A stretch of 64,000 bases of DNA, taken from the NCBI GenBank assembly GCA_028534125.1, contig CM052832.1, positions 22,632,001-22,696,000 of the forward strand. Reading direction: 5' to 3'. The notes below the pieces were generated by a model. That model was given only the letters and a program-made list of their open reading frames with translations. It ran no database searches and was not told the origin of the DNA. The stretch is from Lama glama. Taxonomy: Eukaryota. Below are positions 13,459-25,705 of the stretch, one piece after another (the first letter of the stretch is position 1; each line of letters opens with the position of its first letter). The position numbers and the translations under genes are program-made.

Positions 13459-14164
13459 TGATTTGTACTTAAAGCATGAAGGGTGACAGCCAAGTGGTCA
13501 TGTGCCCATGACCAGTGTAACCATGTTAATTTCCAGTTTTTAAGATGAAAAGTGCAATTCATTAAAACCCCAAACCAAAACCAAACTAAACAGACAAGCA
13601 AAAGACGAGGGTCTCTATCATCCAGTTTATGGATGCAAAACCTTCCTGAGTTACTGGACTTGGCCATTCTCATGAAGGGATTTTAAAAGGAGGCAGAAGG
13701 TTTTTTTTTTTTTCAGAGTCTGCACCTCGTTAAGCTTTCTCTCTCATAATGCAGGGTGAACTCCAAGCAACATACATTTTTTTTCATTGATTAATTAAGT
13801 GAGTGGGTACCAGGTCCTGCATTGGCTTAAAAAGAGTACAGAATGAATTAAGATAAAGTCTTTATTTTCAAGGATTTCATGACAGAAACATAAAAGACTA
13901 TAAAATTATATGTATGTAACATAATATTATGTATAATATATAGTGTATGTTATATATTTGTTATATGATTATAATATTATATGCATTAATATAATAGAAA
14001 ATGAGTTATGGAAAGACAAAAGTGGAATAAAATGATTTAACCTAGAGTTGTTCACAGAGGAGGTGACAATTGAGTCTTGAAAGATAGTCACTCAGTAGAA
14101 AGACATGTGTGAATGAACAAGACATTGACTAGGATTATCACTTACAGGAGAGAGGATTTTAGAT

Positions 14165-14365
14165 TTGTACCATCAATTAAGGTAGCAGGTACCACATTTG
14201 GCTATTTAAATTTAAATTTATTTAAAGGAATTTGGAATTTAGTTCCTTAGTAGCCCATCACATTTCAGGCATTCAATAGCCACATTTGGCCAGTAGCTAC
14301 TGTGCAGGGTAGGGTAGGTATCAAATATATCCATGATAGTGGAAAGTTCCACTGGGCAATGCTAA
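14165..14365 (-). mobile_element. MER3-like hAT-Charlie DNA transposon
   Basis: ccacatttggctatttaaatttaaatt...cacatttcaggcattcaatagccacatttggccagtagctac...gaaagttccactggg matches the reverse of the recalled MER3 consensus. Confidence 0.75.
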
Positions 14366-14419
14366 TGTGGAAGTCAGGCCGGAAGTCAGGATGGAGTTAC
14401 AGATTGGGCATACTCAACA

Positions 14420-14835
14420 TGAGAGAGCCTGGGACCTGGGATGTGGGACCCCTTACTGGAGTGCTTGCGTTTGCATCTGGACAAACGTCTTCTAGAGCAA
14501 CAAAATGCAAAGAAACTACAACGGGCTAAAAATAACTGCACAGCTGGGGCAGTTATGCACAATAAGACATGGAAAGGCCACAAACTAACTGCCATTTTTG
14601 AGGTGCTGAGAGCAAAAGCACGGGACTGTGCATGATCCCTGCACACAGCACCACTATGGGGGTGGGCAGACCACCTAAGCCACCCTTCAGGTTCGACCCA
14701 CCCATCTGCCCCTACTTTAACCCCCATTTAAGGAACCAGCTTGTCCCCCATCTCAATGAGTGAGCAAGGGAACCCGTTACTTGTTTTTGCTCCGTCATGC
14801 TTCAGCATGAGTCCCAGCAAGGCTCCTAGAAGTTC
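14420..14835 (+). mobile_element. ERV1-class solo LTR, 3'-truncated (same family as 44748-45221)
   Basis: Starts with TG; aligns along its length to the reverse complement of 44748-45221 (23-nt identical block atgatccctgcacacagcaccac); polyA signal mutated (cccagcaagg) and last ~60 bp missing. Confidence 0.85.
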
Positions 14836-15025
14836 AGCAAGGAGAGTGAAGTCCACAGCTGTTACAAATGCCTGGCATTGTAGCTAAGCTCATGAAAACT
14901 GAAACTTGACCTTGAGACCTAAAACATAGAAGGTCTTCCATCAGTGCTATTGGTGACTGTTGGTTAAGTGGAGGGGTGTGTGTTTGAGATTTGGAGTCGA
15001 TGTGAATAGAACATAGGTTGAAGTA

Positions 15026-15234
15026 TGTAGTGGGCTGAATGGTGGTTGCAAAGATATGTCCACATGCAACCCTCAGAAGTTCAAAAAGATGAGGAATGGA
15101 TTCTGCCATAGAACCTGCAGAAGGAATATGGTCCTGCTGATTTCTGACTTCTGAACTTGAAGAGAATCAGTTTCTGTTATTTGAACCAGGCTGTTGGTGT
15201 TAATTTGTTACGGCTGTTGCAGGAAACAAATGCA
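15026..15234 (+). mobile_element. MaLR MLT1 (MLT1C/D-like) LTR, internally deleted
   Basis: 5' tgtagtgggctgaatggtgg...aaagatatgtccac; 3' taatttgttacggc...aggaaacaaatgca; TG...CA ends. Confidence 0.8.
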
Positions 15235-16073
15235 AAGGGCATTCAGGAGCAAAGGGTGTAAAGACTGGGAATAGAAAATTCTGACCAATGATTCCAAACT
15301 CAGATGTTCTCAAGGGGTAGGGAGGTAAAGTAAATGGTTGAAATGAAAGTGAAAGTGTTTAAAAAAAAAAAAAAGGTAAATTTGAGATCATATATCTGGC
15401 CTACCAAATCTGCACACAGGTTGTCTTTCCCATGCCTCCTGCCCCTCCCCATGCTTACCCATTGTTTTAACAATTCTTCTGTAAGGATGTTGGGATGGAG
15501 GCAGAGGTTATGCCAGCCTCTGTCGCTGTGTCTTCATGACCAACATTCCTGCCCCTCAGGATACTCTGGTTACCTCTGTCTCCCACCAAGTGAAGTAAGT
15601 GGTCCATATACTTTAGACACTTGGACTCATGAAAGTTCAAAACATAAAAGGTAAAACTGTTTTTATTATTATTTCCTTATTAGGTTTATTATTAACACCA
15701 TAGTCCCTAATGTCTGGCAGAGACCTGAAAGTCTTTGACTTGATAAATCAAGATGAGATGATGTGTAGTTCGTTACGTTTATTTTTTGATTCTCCACTTT
15801 TTGTTTCTAAGTGCTTAGCACTCTCGTGATTTCCTTTTAGTTGACCACTGGTTTAAGGAAGTCACTCTTATATAATCTAATGAAGAGCAGTAAAGTAAAA
15901 TGAGATGACGATACATTTCTTAACTTTCAATATATTTGATGTGAAGATTGGCCTGATAGAATTATCTTTTGGCGCACAGGTGTCTGCCTCAGAATGCTAC
16001 TCTGCTTAGGCTTAAACATTTGTGTGCAAAGTATAAAGCCATACGAGAGAACCCTCTTCTGTACTGTGTGTTG

Positions 16074-16074
<1 letters not shown>

Positions 16075-16124
<50 letters not shown>

Positions 16125-16128
16125 TGTG
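16075..16128. repeat. (TG)21 TA (TG)5 microsatellite
   Basis: Read directly. Confidence 0.97.
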
Positions 16129-17727
16129 TACATGCAAAGCATGGCAGTTTGTCACTGCAGAATACTTTGCATTTAACAAGACTTGACAAGTAACCTTGAC
16201 CGGACAGGGTGAAGGCATGTAGCTGCCGCAGAATCTGCGTCTTCCTGATTCTATACTCAGTGAGGGGCCAGACAGGAACTCCCAATTCTTATGTTCTTAT
16301 GCAGTGTTTAATTGTACAGATTTCATAAAAAATCGCTTAATATAACGAAAACAAATACTCGTCTTTATTACCACACTAAATACTTCTGCTGGCAAATGCA
16401 TTTGAGGGTGCTTTTTATTTATGGATTTTTCACAATGCCGGAGAGCTTTTGTCTTTTTTAGTGCTTTGTATTTATAGCTGTGGGATGATCATTTTCTGGT
16501 TGGTTTCACATCAAGCTCTTTCAGAACTAGTTGTAGTAGTAATAGTTTCATACTGTTTATACTTTCTCCCCCTGAGTCCTACGTTAAATCTTTTTCACTC
16601 TATCAGTGACACTGCAGTATATTATACTATACATTCTTAGGCTATTAACTCTGGGCACTGCTAATGACTTCTTTTATATATATATACAGCACATAAAACA
16701 TGTAAATGTTTCTTATTAAAGCAAGAAAACGCAAAACACAATCAATCCTATCAGCAAGGGAAAAAAGAAAAGAGAGCTGGAGTTTTTTTTTTTTTTCTTC
16801 CAAGTGAGATTGCAAGAGAGAAAGAGGTTTCTAAAAATCCCAGTATTGGGACACAAAGTAAATTATAAAAGAACCCTAAAGGGAGTGATTTTGTTTTCTT
16901 AAAAAACAGCTTGTTTGGTATTCCATTCCTACACTTTTTCTTAAAGTAACACATTTGAAAAAATCAACAAGAGCAACATAGCAGTTTCCTTGACTAGAAG
17001 AAAATGAGTCTTTGTGGGAAGGCAGGAAAGAAGCCAAGGAGGGAATCCTAGTGCCACCTTGACCTTGACATCACTGTGCTCAGATACTTCCGAAGGAGCT
17101 CTGAGGAGTAGCTCTCCTTGATGTTCTAGCATCTGAAAGCCTGTGAGGATTTAACCTGGAGGCACTATCTGCAAAGTAGCTGGAAAACAAACGCTCTTGT
17201 GGGTGAAGTTTAACAACAAAAGATTTAAGGGAGCAGGGTGATTCAGAAATGCCCCCCCCCCAACGAAGCAGTGAAACTGTTTAGAGCAAAAGCAGCCAGT
17301 ATTTGCATCTTCACAGTGAGGGTGGCCTAATCCTGAAAAGTCTTTGGAAGCCACTGGCCTCCTGGCTTACTTCACATTTTGGCTTCCTTTGCATTCCAGC
17401 TTTTTGATCAAACAGGATGATTCAGAAAACACCTTTCATGGAAGCTTAAACACCTATCCTGGCTCTTTTCAGGCCAAGTAGTCAACGGCTGTAGAAATGG
17501 GGTAAGGATGGGGGGGAGGGACGCCAGAGTTGAACAGAGGGATAAGATGAGAAATCACGTGTAAAGAGAATCCGATAGAAGAGAAATAATTGGCAGAAAA
17601 TGTCAGGAAAAAGAAAAGAAAGCTAGAATGGCAAGGGAAGTCAGATTTTTGCTAATGCCTAATCCATGCCTAGAAGTACAGAGATGGAGGTATGGTGCGT
17701 AGAAAAATAAGCATAGTGCATTTTCTT

Positions 17728-17795
17728 TTTTTCCTTTTTTTTTTATTGTACAGTCAATTACAGCATGTCAATTTCTGGTGTACAGCACAATATCT
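17728..17795 (-). mobile_element. Extremely 5'-truncated L1 3' end with poly(A) tail and 16-bp TSD
   Basis: T-tract + attgtacagtcaattacagcatgtcaatttctggtgtacagcacaat (L1 3' UTR end); flanks catagtgcattttctt (17712-27) and cacagtgcattttctt (17796-811). Confidence 0.85.
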
Positions 17796-17977
17796 CACAG
17801 TGCATTTTCTTAATGCACTAAGAGGGATTGAAGAAACGTTTACAAAATATTTGTTGAGGTTGCCCCAGCAGCATACTGACATCTGCATCTGGCTAGGTCC
17901 TTCCCTGCCCAGATTTACTCCCCATGGGGCAACTGAAAGAGGAGGCACTGTAACAGGCTAGTTTTCTGTCTTTACAG

Positions 17978-18034
17978 ATGTTTCTCTGCTTCCAGAAAGT
18001 GATGTCCTAGAGGAGGGAGGTCAGCAGACAGGAA
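17978..18034 (+). other. Candidate 57-nt exon (unverified, weaker donor)
   Basis: Acceptor gttttctgtctttacag|, donor GAA|gtgagg; open in phase 1 (VSLLPESDVLEEGGQQTG). Confidence 0.15.
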
Positions 18035-18544
18035 GTGAGGCCAGTGTCAGGTTTCCATGCCAGGAGCAGGAACTCTGGGTACATTGGAGGTTACCACTGG
18101 TCAGACCCCAGTACAGCTAGCTGAAACCGTCAGAAAGGCCAGCCCCAGAGCCATCTCATTAGCTCTCCATGGGGATGTTGATACCATGAACCCCTTCGGG
18201 TGGGAAGGGGCTGGAGAGAAACAGAGATGAAAGCCAAAAAAAAAAAAAAAGCATTAATGTTAAATAATTTTTTCCTACTTAAAATTTTTGCTTATCATTT
18301 ATTATTCAGAGTTGTCTTCTTTAATTTTCCAAGCTAAGGATCTGTTGTACTGGCAGAGATACAGTTCCCAGAATAAAACTGGGCACTTTCTTAAAGGCTA
18401 CACTTTCAAGGTTAATGCTATGGTGTATACCTTGGCCTTCTTGGGCATTCAACGGAGAGCTAATCAGAGGATCTCTTGTCTCTAGGAAACCGAGAAGGGA
18501 AACAATCAGCTCTGTTCTCTCTGAGCTGGGGGAGTGAGCTGTAA

Positions 18545-18945
18545 TAACGGAGCACAAGAACACACTGGGAGCCAGCAAGCCCGAACACACAGGTTAGCAC
18601 CGCCTGGCTGACCTAACTCGCAGGTGCGCCGTTGCCAGGTAACGCGGGGCCTCAGGGTCCTTTCTGAAGGCCTGCAGTTGGGCTTGGAGAGGTCCGGGCA
18701 CGGCCTGGGGCGGTTGTTGGGGGCAGGGCGGATGGAGTCACTCTCGGGGCAGCTGGCAGTGCGACTGCTCCTCACCTATGTGGCAAGTGGAAACAAGCCG
18801 GGTTTGGCCCTGAATGGTCGTTCTTGCTCAGCCGCCCGTGCTGTGAAAGGGTTCTGATTAGCCGTGGCCGTGCGGGAGGAAGGAGAGGAAGGCCACGCTG
18901 TGTGTTACCGAAGGTGCGCCCTTACGGACAGCGGACGCGTCCATA
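18545..18945. promoter_or_regulatory. Small CpG-rich element (putative promoter/enhancer) with RFX X-box
   Basis: About 28 CpGs in ~400 bp by hand count, well above the flanks; GTTGCC-A-GGTAAC at 18631-18643 fits the RFX consensus GTNRCC(N0-3)RGYAAC; GGGCGG boxes and E-boxes present. Confidence 0.55.
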
Positions 18946-19989
18946 TGCCCTTTATACAGTTCCGTTCTACAGTTCCTCTCAATCTTGGACAAGTTTACAG
19001 AGCACATTTTCACATTTGTGCAGAGTAAAATGATTTTTGGAAAGAGCCACTGACTGGTTGAGAACACCCGGATTCTAGTCCCAAATTTGCAACTTTCTGC
19101 AACTCCAGTGTAAGCTGGAAGTCACTCCGTCATTTGAGATCACAGTGTGTTTGCTCAGATTTCTGCGTGTTGTGGAAAGCTCAGCATTTCCCTCAGTCTC
19201 TTTAGGAATTCTTGAAGATTCAGTTTTCTTTACATTCTATGACCCCTGCTTTCTTTTTGCACAGATTTAATCCAGATCTTGAGTCCCATGGTCCCTTGCA
19301 TTGGGTCTGCATGTAGAGCCTGCCATTTCTTCAATCATGTATTTGGCAAATTCCTAAATCTGAAACACCTTGTTCCCAAATAATGCCCGATACATAAGCA
19401 CCTGCTTTGTCCTCAGCTAATGTTGCTTTGTCTTTTAGTGGGTAATAGGAGCTACTGAGAATTTGTGTCCTCCTAGAGATCTGAGTTTCATTCCACTTAA
19501 GCAAGAAAAGCTCTAAGTGAATGGATGGGTGCCGCATGACTTTGTAATGCAGAACAACAGGTGGTGGTCCTGGCCTGGGGGTCATTTACAAAGACCAGCC
19601 CGATGTCTAAGAGCAAAATCCCTTTTAATTTCAGAGTCTGCATTCGTGGCTTAGTTAGGTTCAGAGAAGGGTGACTATTGGGAATCACCTGGCATCTCTG
19701 ATCTGTGGCTTGTCTTTACAGCTGTGTCTTTCCCAAGCACAGAGTCTTAGTTTTTCACCTTGGATACCCATCTGCCCCTGAATCTGTTTAGTGTGAAGAA
19801 AAGATGAGTTCTGTAACAATGCTGTAGGAAAACCGAGAGCTTGAGGTTGAAGCAGAGGCAGCCAAGCTGCTTTGTCACCACCTGGAACCAGGCAGGCACA
19901 CGCGGAGATGGTGAAGGCCAACCTTCCTACCCAAGGGCTATCATTCTCCTTTATACGTTTGAGTCATGGTGAGAAGAGAAAGATTTATA

Positions 19990-20090
19990 GGCATTCTTTC
20001 AACACTTACTCAACAAATGTTTATTGAACACCTACCCTGTTCTGAGCGCTGCAGTGTATTCAGAAATCAGGGCTGTGAACAAGTCTTCCC
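19990..20090 (-). mobile_element. L2 3' end fragment
   Basis: cttactcaacaaatgtttattgaacacctac...tgagcgctg. Confidence 0.6.
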
Positions 20091-23000
20091 TCCTCACTGG
20101 TCTCCAACACTGTGCTTTTTAGCTGACCCTAGATCACATCCTCAGGATCAGTCTGTGTATTGATTGAATGCTTACATGTGTAAAGGCTCTTCCAGGACTG
20201 ACATTGTCAATATTTGCCAAGTCTAAGACTTAGAAAGTTGGAGGAAGCTTATTTTCTGTAGCTGTGTACTTTCAGGTGCCTTAAAGTGCAGCTCAAGTTG
20301 AGTTTATGTTAAAAAAAAAAAAAAAGCCGAGACAAACAAACCATCACAGACAGTGCTGAAGACTGGGAGAAGATGATACAAAACCCTTCTAAAAAACCAA
20401 GCCAACCTGCTGCCCTGGATTCTGATATTACAGGATCTCAGCATCAAATGTATATTTGAAAATGTATCTTTTTCATATTTGTATAATGATGCTAATAGTT
20501 CAGTACATGACATTTGTCCTATTTCATCACAGATTTCAGGGTCTCGAATATGGTGTAGAGACGTCTAGTTCATTAAGGAGATGCCATCTTTGGCAGGTGA
20601 AAATGTGGCCTGTGGTAGTAATCATCAGCCATGAGGTTTTATCTCAAATGTGTGAATAAGGAAAACGCAACCTTTGTAAAGCCCTTGGCAGCCAGCCACC
20701 CAGAGGTTCATACAGTGCCGAAGACGGGGGCTTGGGAGGAGAGCTGCTCTTTCTGAATATGTCTGCTCTCTTTAGGGAAAGACTATCTCACCGAAATGAG
20801 AACACGTGGCTTCTAGTGCAGCTCACAGAGTCCAGGGGGCTCCCAGAGAGAATTTTGCCAAGCTGACTGTAGAGCGGTGTTGTTCACTTTTTCACAGTTC
20901 AAAACTCCTGTGATGCCTTCTCATTCTGTCTTCTGGAGAAGCCAAGCCAGCCAAATACATGTTGACCAGCTGTAGATTCTCTGTTACAAAGGCTCTAAGT
21001 ATATAAAGCACACTTCACCAAACTGCTTACAACTCCCCATGTCAACCTTCTGGAAATACTAATACGGTTTCCTTAACTTGGGGAGCCATTGTCTAGCTGC
21101 CTTGGACAGTTCCAAGTTACTCTTGTTGTCTTGGCAAAAATATTAGTAGCATGTGTCTTTTTCACTCTCATATGTGTCCCAGTTTGAATGATAAAAGATG
21201 TCACCTTATTTTTAACATGGCTCTTAAATCTCCCACTAATTGAGAATAAGTCCTCTGGGGCCAATTCCAGCTTTGTCTCTGTATGCCAATATGAACTTGG
21301 CTGAGCATCCGGTTTCCCCAGGGTTGAATATGCTCATTGAAATAATGGTGTTTTGTGGACAAATATTATCTACTTCCTCCCTTGGACTAACACTCACATC
21401 CAGTGTTAGTCATGTCAGTCAAATTATTTCGATGTGTTTCTCTCAAAGTAAGGTGGGATAGCTGGATGCTGGAGGAGCCTTGATGCTATTCTAAGTTTGG
21501 GTTTCCTGCTGGGCAAAGGAGAGTGACAGGGTTTGTCCATAAGTGAATGATGTGCCAAGTATTTGATTCAGAAAAGCATATTGTAATAATTCAGGTGAGA
21601 AGAACTGGGAACATTAGCAAGGACTTTGGAGAGTTATATCTATATGTCTGGAAAGTCTCAACATGAACATCTCCTTGAGTTCGGTGGGAGAGAATAACTT
21701 CTGTTCCGAATGAGTTTCAATCAGGTTCCTACCTCCTCAGCTCCAGTCGCCATTGGTATAGCATTTCCTTGCCTCTCATCTTTCAGTACAGTTTGGTGTG
21801 TGCTATCAAAAAAAAAAAAAAATCACCGCATCTCAGGGAAGGATGTCTTTCAGTGATGAATCAAGCGATTCCCATGTGCTAGTTTATAAATTGTTAACCG
21901 CTTTGGGATTCATAGGGATGAAAGATGCTTTATTTATTGTCCTTTGAGATGAAAGATGCACAATTTATAACATGAGGTTTACTATTTTATTTACTCTTGT
22001 GATGCTGAAATCACATTCTTTCCTAGTGATGGAATTGCCAAGTCCCTTTTTAATTTGTGGGCAAGTATCTTAATAAAAGCTTCGGTGTTGGAGGGTCTGG
22101 CTACTCAAATATGGGTGTTGTGTGAATGAAACAGTACGATCCTTTTGTTGTTACACAAAGGCTTTATTCTCTTGCTTAGGGGCGTCCTGCAGGCTTATGA
22201 TGACATAATGATGTAGATTCTATTAAAGTGTCTTAAAACACCACCGCTGTGGGCTCTGCACAGTCTTCTCCTCCAGCGGCCCTAGGGTCTGTGGGTGGCA
22301 TTATTGTTATGTTTCCAGGTAGTCACGTGTTTCCAGCATCCAAAAATATCAACAACTTGGCACTTAGGAGAGTTTCAGCTTCCTGCTTGATAGAACTTTT
22401 AGAATTCTTCACTTTGCTGCTTTGTATAGACAGTGAGCTTTGTTTGCTTGCTTGATTGATTTTAACTAAAAGGGGGTGGATCTCTTCCTGGCAGCAAGGT
22501 TTAGGACAGTTCTTTGATTTTTGAAATTTTTGTCCTATGTCATCTCTGCCTTAGATGGACTATGGGAAGCCGTGGATTTGTGTGTGGACTGGGGTTCGAG
22601 TTGTTTCCGACCTGATTATTTCACCAGTTCACTCTTCTTTTCCTGGAACTGATGTCCTCTACTCAGCATTATAGGGACACAGCAACATTTGAACTTTTGG
22701 ATATGAGAGCAACGTCATGATCGCTATTAGCTTCTTTTTTTGTTTTCTCTTTTATTTGTTTCTTCTGGGGGAAACGTGCTCGCTTGCCTTTCAGCTGTTG
22801 ACAAATAGCAATAGCAGGAAAGGAAGAGGGAGCTACAGACAGATGGTCCCAGAGGCGGCAGGGTGGCTGCCCTGCACGAGGTATCTCGCATGAACAGAAC
22901 CTGGGGGCACAGATGAACCGAAACCAGAATTTTACATCTTAATATGCTCTTACCAATTTGGTTACATGTTTCCATTTTATTAGGATATTCATTTGTTTTC

Positions 23001-24304
23001 TTATCCAGACTCAGTTTGGAATTTCTAAAAATGTTCTGTTGGGAATATAGAAAGTCTTTCTAGAAACTGTAATTTCCCCGCCCTCCATCCCTAGTGCAGC
23101 GAAGTGTGACTTTTTTTTTTTTAATCTTCCTACTTGACAGGAGAAGCAAGTGAAGGGACGCTAAGACATAACTAATAACTGTCTTTGTATGTATGGAGAA
23201 CCCTGGCGTAAGATAAGGAGGGCTAGCAATTATGTCTTCTTTGAGGGCAGAAATGGACTTCAACCAAACTGAAGGATTAGAGTTAGGCTTAGGAACGCCC
23301 TTTCTATCCGAGCCAGCCCACTCCGGACGCTGGGCTTTGTGGGACATGGTTTTGTGGATGCCCCTTGCTCTTGTTGCCGGCACTGCTCAGGTTATAATTG
23401 TTTCAGCAAAGGGCAGACAACCCACCTATTTGGAATGACTTAAAGATACAGGATTTGGGGTGTTCAGACATGTTATTTTGCGGATCAGAAACTAAGTCTG
23501 ATTTTCCCTCCAGTCGGTTGTCTGATACCCAGACAAGAACCCCAGGTCTTAAGCCCCAGCACCGAGGTGTTTCTGGTTCAGCAGACTCTGGGGTGGTTCT
23601 CAGAAGCAGCAGATCAAGCTAAATCTTCTGGAGGCTTCTCCCAACAACTGGGTAATTGAAACTGAAAAAAGAGTATAGCTTTACAAACCTTGAAATTATA
23701 GTTATTATATCAAAATGGAAATTACTTTCGTATTTCTTCAAAATGTGTGTGGCCTAAATTTTTTACATTTTTTCTTTTGAAGTTTTTTTTTAAAATTTAC
23801 CTAGTGATATGTGGTTACCTTTGCTTCCTCTCCTTTTTATTATTAGGATTTTTTGCATTAAATTTGCCTCGGGGTATAAAGTGAAAATGTTTGCTTGTTG
23901 CTTTGGAAACTTTCTGTGGTTGTTCAGAATGTCACCAAATCACTGCCAGGGTAATAGGGCTGCTTTAAATATAGTCATGTATTATTAAAGCTCTGACAAA
24001 TGCATTGGAGTTTTATCACTTGTGATAAATGTTTCATTTCATTGAAATCCATTCTAATTCTGGAAATTAAGTGCTCACCCAAGAGAGGGACATGACATCT
24101 TTCTGAACCACAAAAAAGGGAAAAATTTTTGTTCCCTGAAAAAGGAAATCTTCCCAGTCCTGGTTTCCCAAAGGCCTGCTAGCCATCTTAGGGATAAAGA
24201 GCTGTGTTCTTTTACTTTTCTTTTTAAAAATCTCTACAGGGTGTAAGCAATGCATACCTCTGTGCCACTTTCTGAGTGTGAGGGGCTGGGCTTCGGAAGG
24301 ATGG

Positions 24305-24470
24305 AACGAATCCTAGGACATTAGAATTGGAAGGGATTTTAGGACCCACGTGATCCAGTCTCTTCATTTCACAGATGAGAAGTATAAGGCCTGGAGAAAT
24401 ACAGGGATTTGTCCAAGACCATGCAGCTATTAAATGAGAGAAACCAGTCTTGAAACCAGTTTCTGGTTTA
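24305..24470 (-). mobile_element. MIR (MIR3-like) SINE
   Basis: ttagaattggaagggatttta...ttcatttcacagatgagaa...gatttgtccaagaccatgcagct. Confidence 0.75.
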
Positions 24471-24629
24471 TTACCATTTTTATTTATGTAATTTTTTTCT
24501 CTTAAGTGTGTTTTCTTTATACTACAGATTCTAGAGAGTAGGAAAAATACTGTTGCCATTAGGCAGAAGCAAATAGAGACACAAGGGATTCAAGGTCAAC
24601 AGACGTGCAATAGCAGAACTTGTAACAGC

Positions 24630-24630
<1 letters not shown>

Positions 24631-24696
<66 letters not shown>
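24631..24696. repeat. Compound microsatellite (AC)19(TC)14
   Basis: Read directly. Confidence 0.97.
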
Positions 24697-24699
<3 letters not shown>

Positions 24700-25539
24700 G
24701 AGAAGCCTGCATGTCAGTTTATAGTAAATTTGGGATGAAAGTGTGGGTTTTTAGGAGCACCACCACAGACTGAGACAATCACCAATTTCCCCCAACCTTC
24801 TGCCCGAGAGCTGTTATTATAAACTGAGCTATGCAAATCCTACACATCGAAAAGGAGGTAGAAGTGCATTTTCCTCTTGTCCCTAGAACCCCTCCCAGGT
24901 ACCTGATCATCACCTACTATAGTGAAGATAATCGTCTTCCCTGTCTTTGCTGAGCTCTCTGCCTGCTTATCTCTATAATTTTGCAACTTTTATTTGGCAG
25001 CTCTGATAAAACAGGAGAGTAGCAAACATTAGATCTATTCCTTTGAAACAGTTGCTCTCCTCTGTCCAGACAGCTGTTCTAAACACTAAACACGGACGAC
25101 AGAAAAGATTACACGGAAAAAGGGATCATGCGTGATGTTCAGACCTAAGAACTGACAAATTGCTTGGTGTTTCACTTGAACATAAGACTATTTTGTGATG
25201 TGTCTGCTTGGACTGGCTTTGCCTCTGAGATAACTCTCTTGAGATGACCTCGATTTTCAGCGCAGAGCCCTACAGGGTTATGTCGCTGCTGCAGAAAGCC
25301 TACAGGAGTTTAACCCCTCCTGCCCCCTGGCCGGCAGACATGTGTGAAGAATAATCTCACATTGGCATATTCCTCAACTCATTTCTCAAGCTTCTGAAAG
25401 TCATGATTACTTTGTTGTCTCTACTTTATGGGTATTGATGTAAGGCCAGAGTTGGAATTGGGACAGATCCTAGCTTATTTCAGTTAGTTATCAATAATAT
25501 TTGTTGAGTTGCCTACAATAAACCAGGCATTTCACATAG

Positions 25540-25705
25540 TTCCCTTCCTTCCTCCCTCCCCTCTTTCTTTCTTCCTTTCCCTCTTTCCTTCCTTCCTTCC
25601 TTCTTTCTTTCTCCCTTTCTCTTTCTTTCCTCCCTCCCTCCCTTCCTTTTCTTTTCTCTTTCTCTCTCTCTCTCTTCTTTCTCCCTTCCTCCTTCCCTTT
25701 CTCTT
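25540..25705. repeat. 166-nt uninterrupted polypyrimidine low-complexity tract (TTCC/TCCC/TTTC/TC)
   Basis: No purine on the + strand across the interval. Confidence 0.95.

Noticed and set aside
14441..14635. Apparent small protein family shared with ORF 45010-45249
   Set aside because: The similarity is DNA-level LTR homology; the peptides diverge at indels, giving no sign of coding constraint
15927..16285. His/Thr- or Cys/Val-repeat proteins
   Set aside because: Translations of the (TG)n microsatellite
22776..22785. U6 snRNA 5' end (GTGCTCGCTT)
   Set aside because: Only 10 nt match before divergence; no TSD or tail; chance
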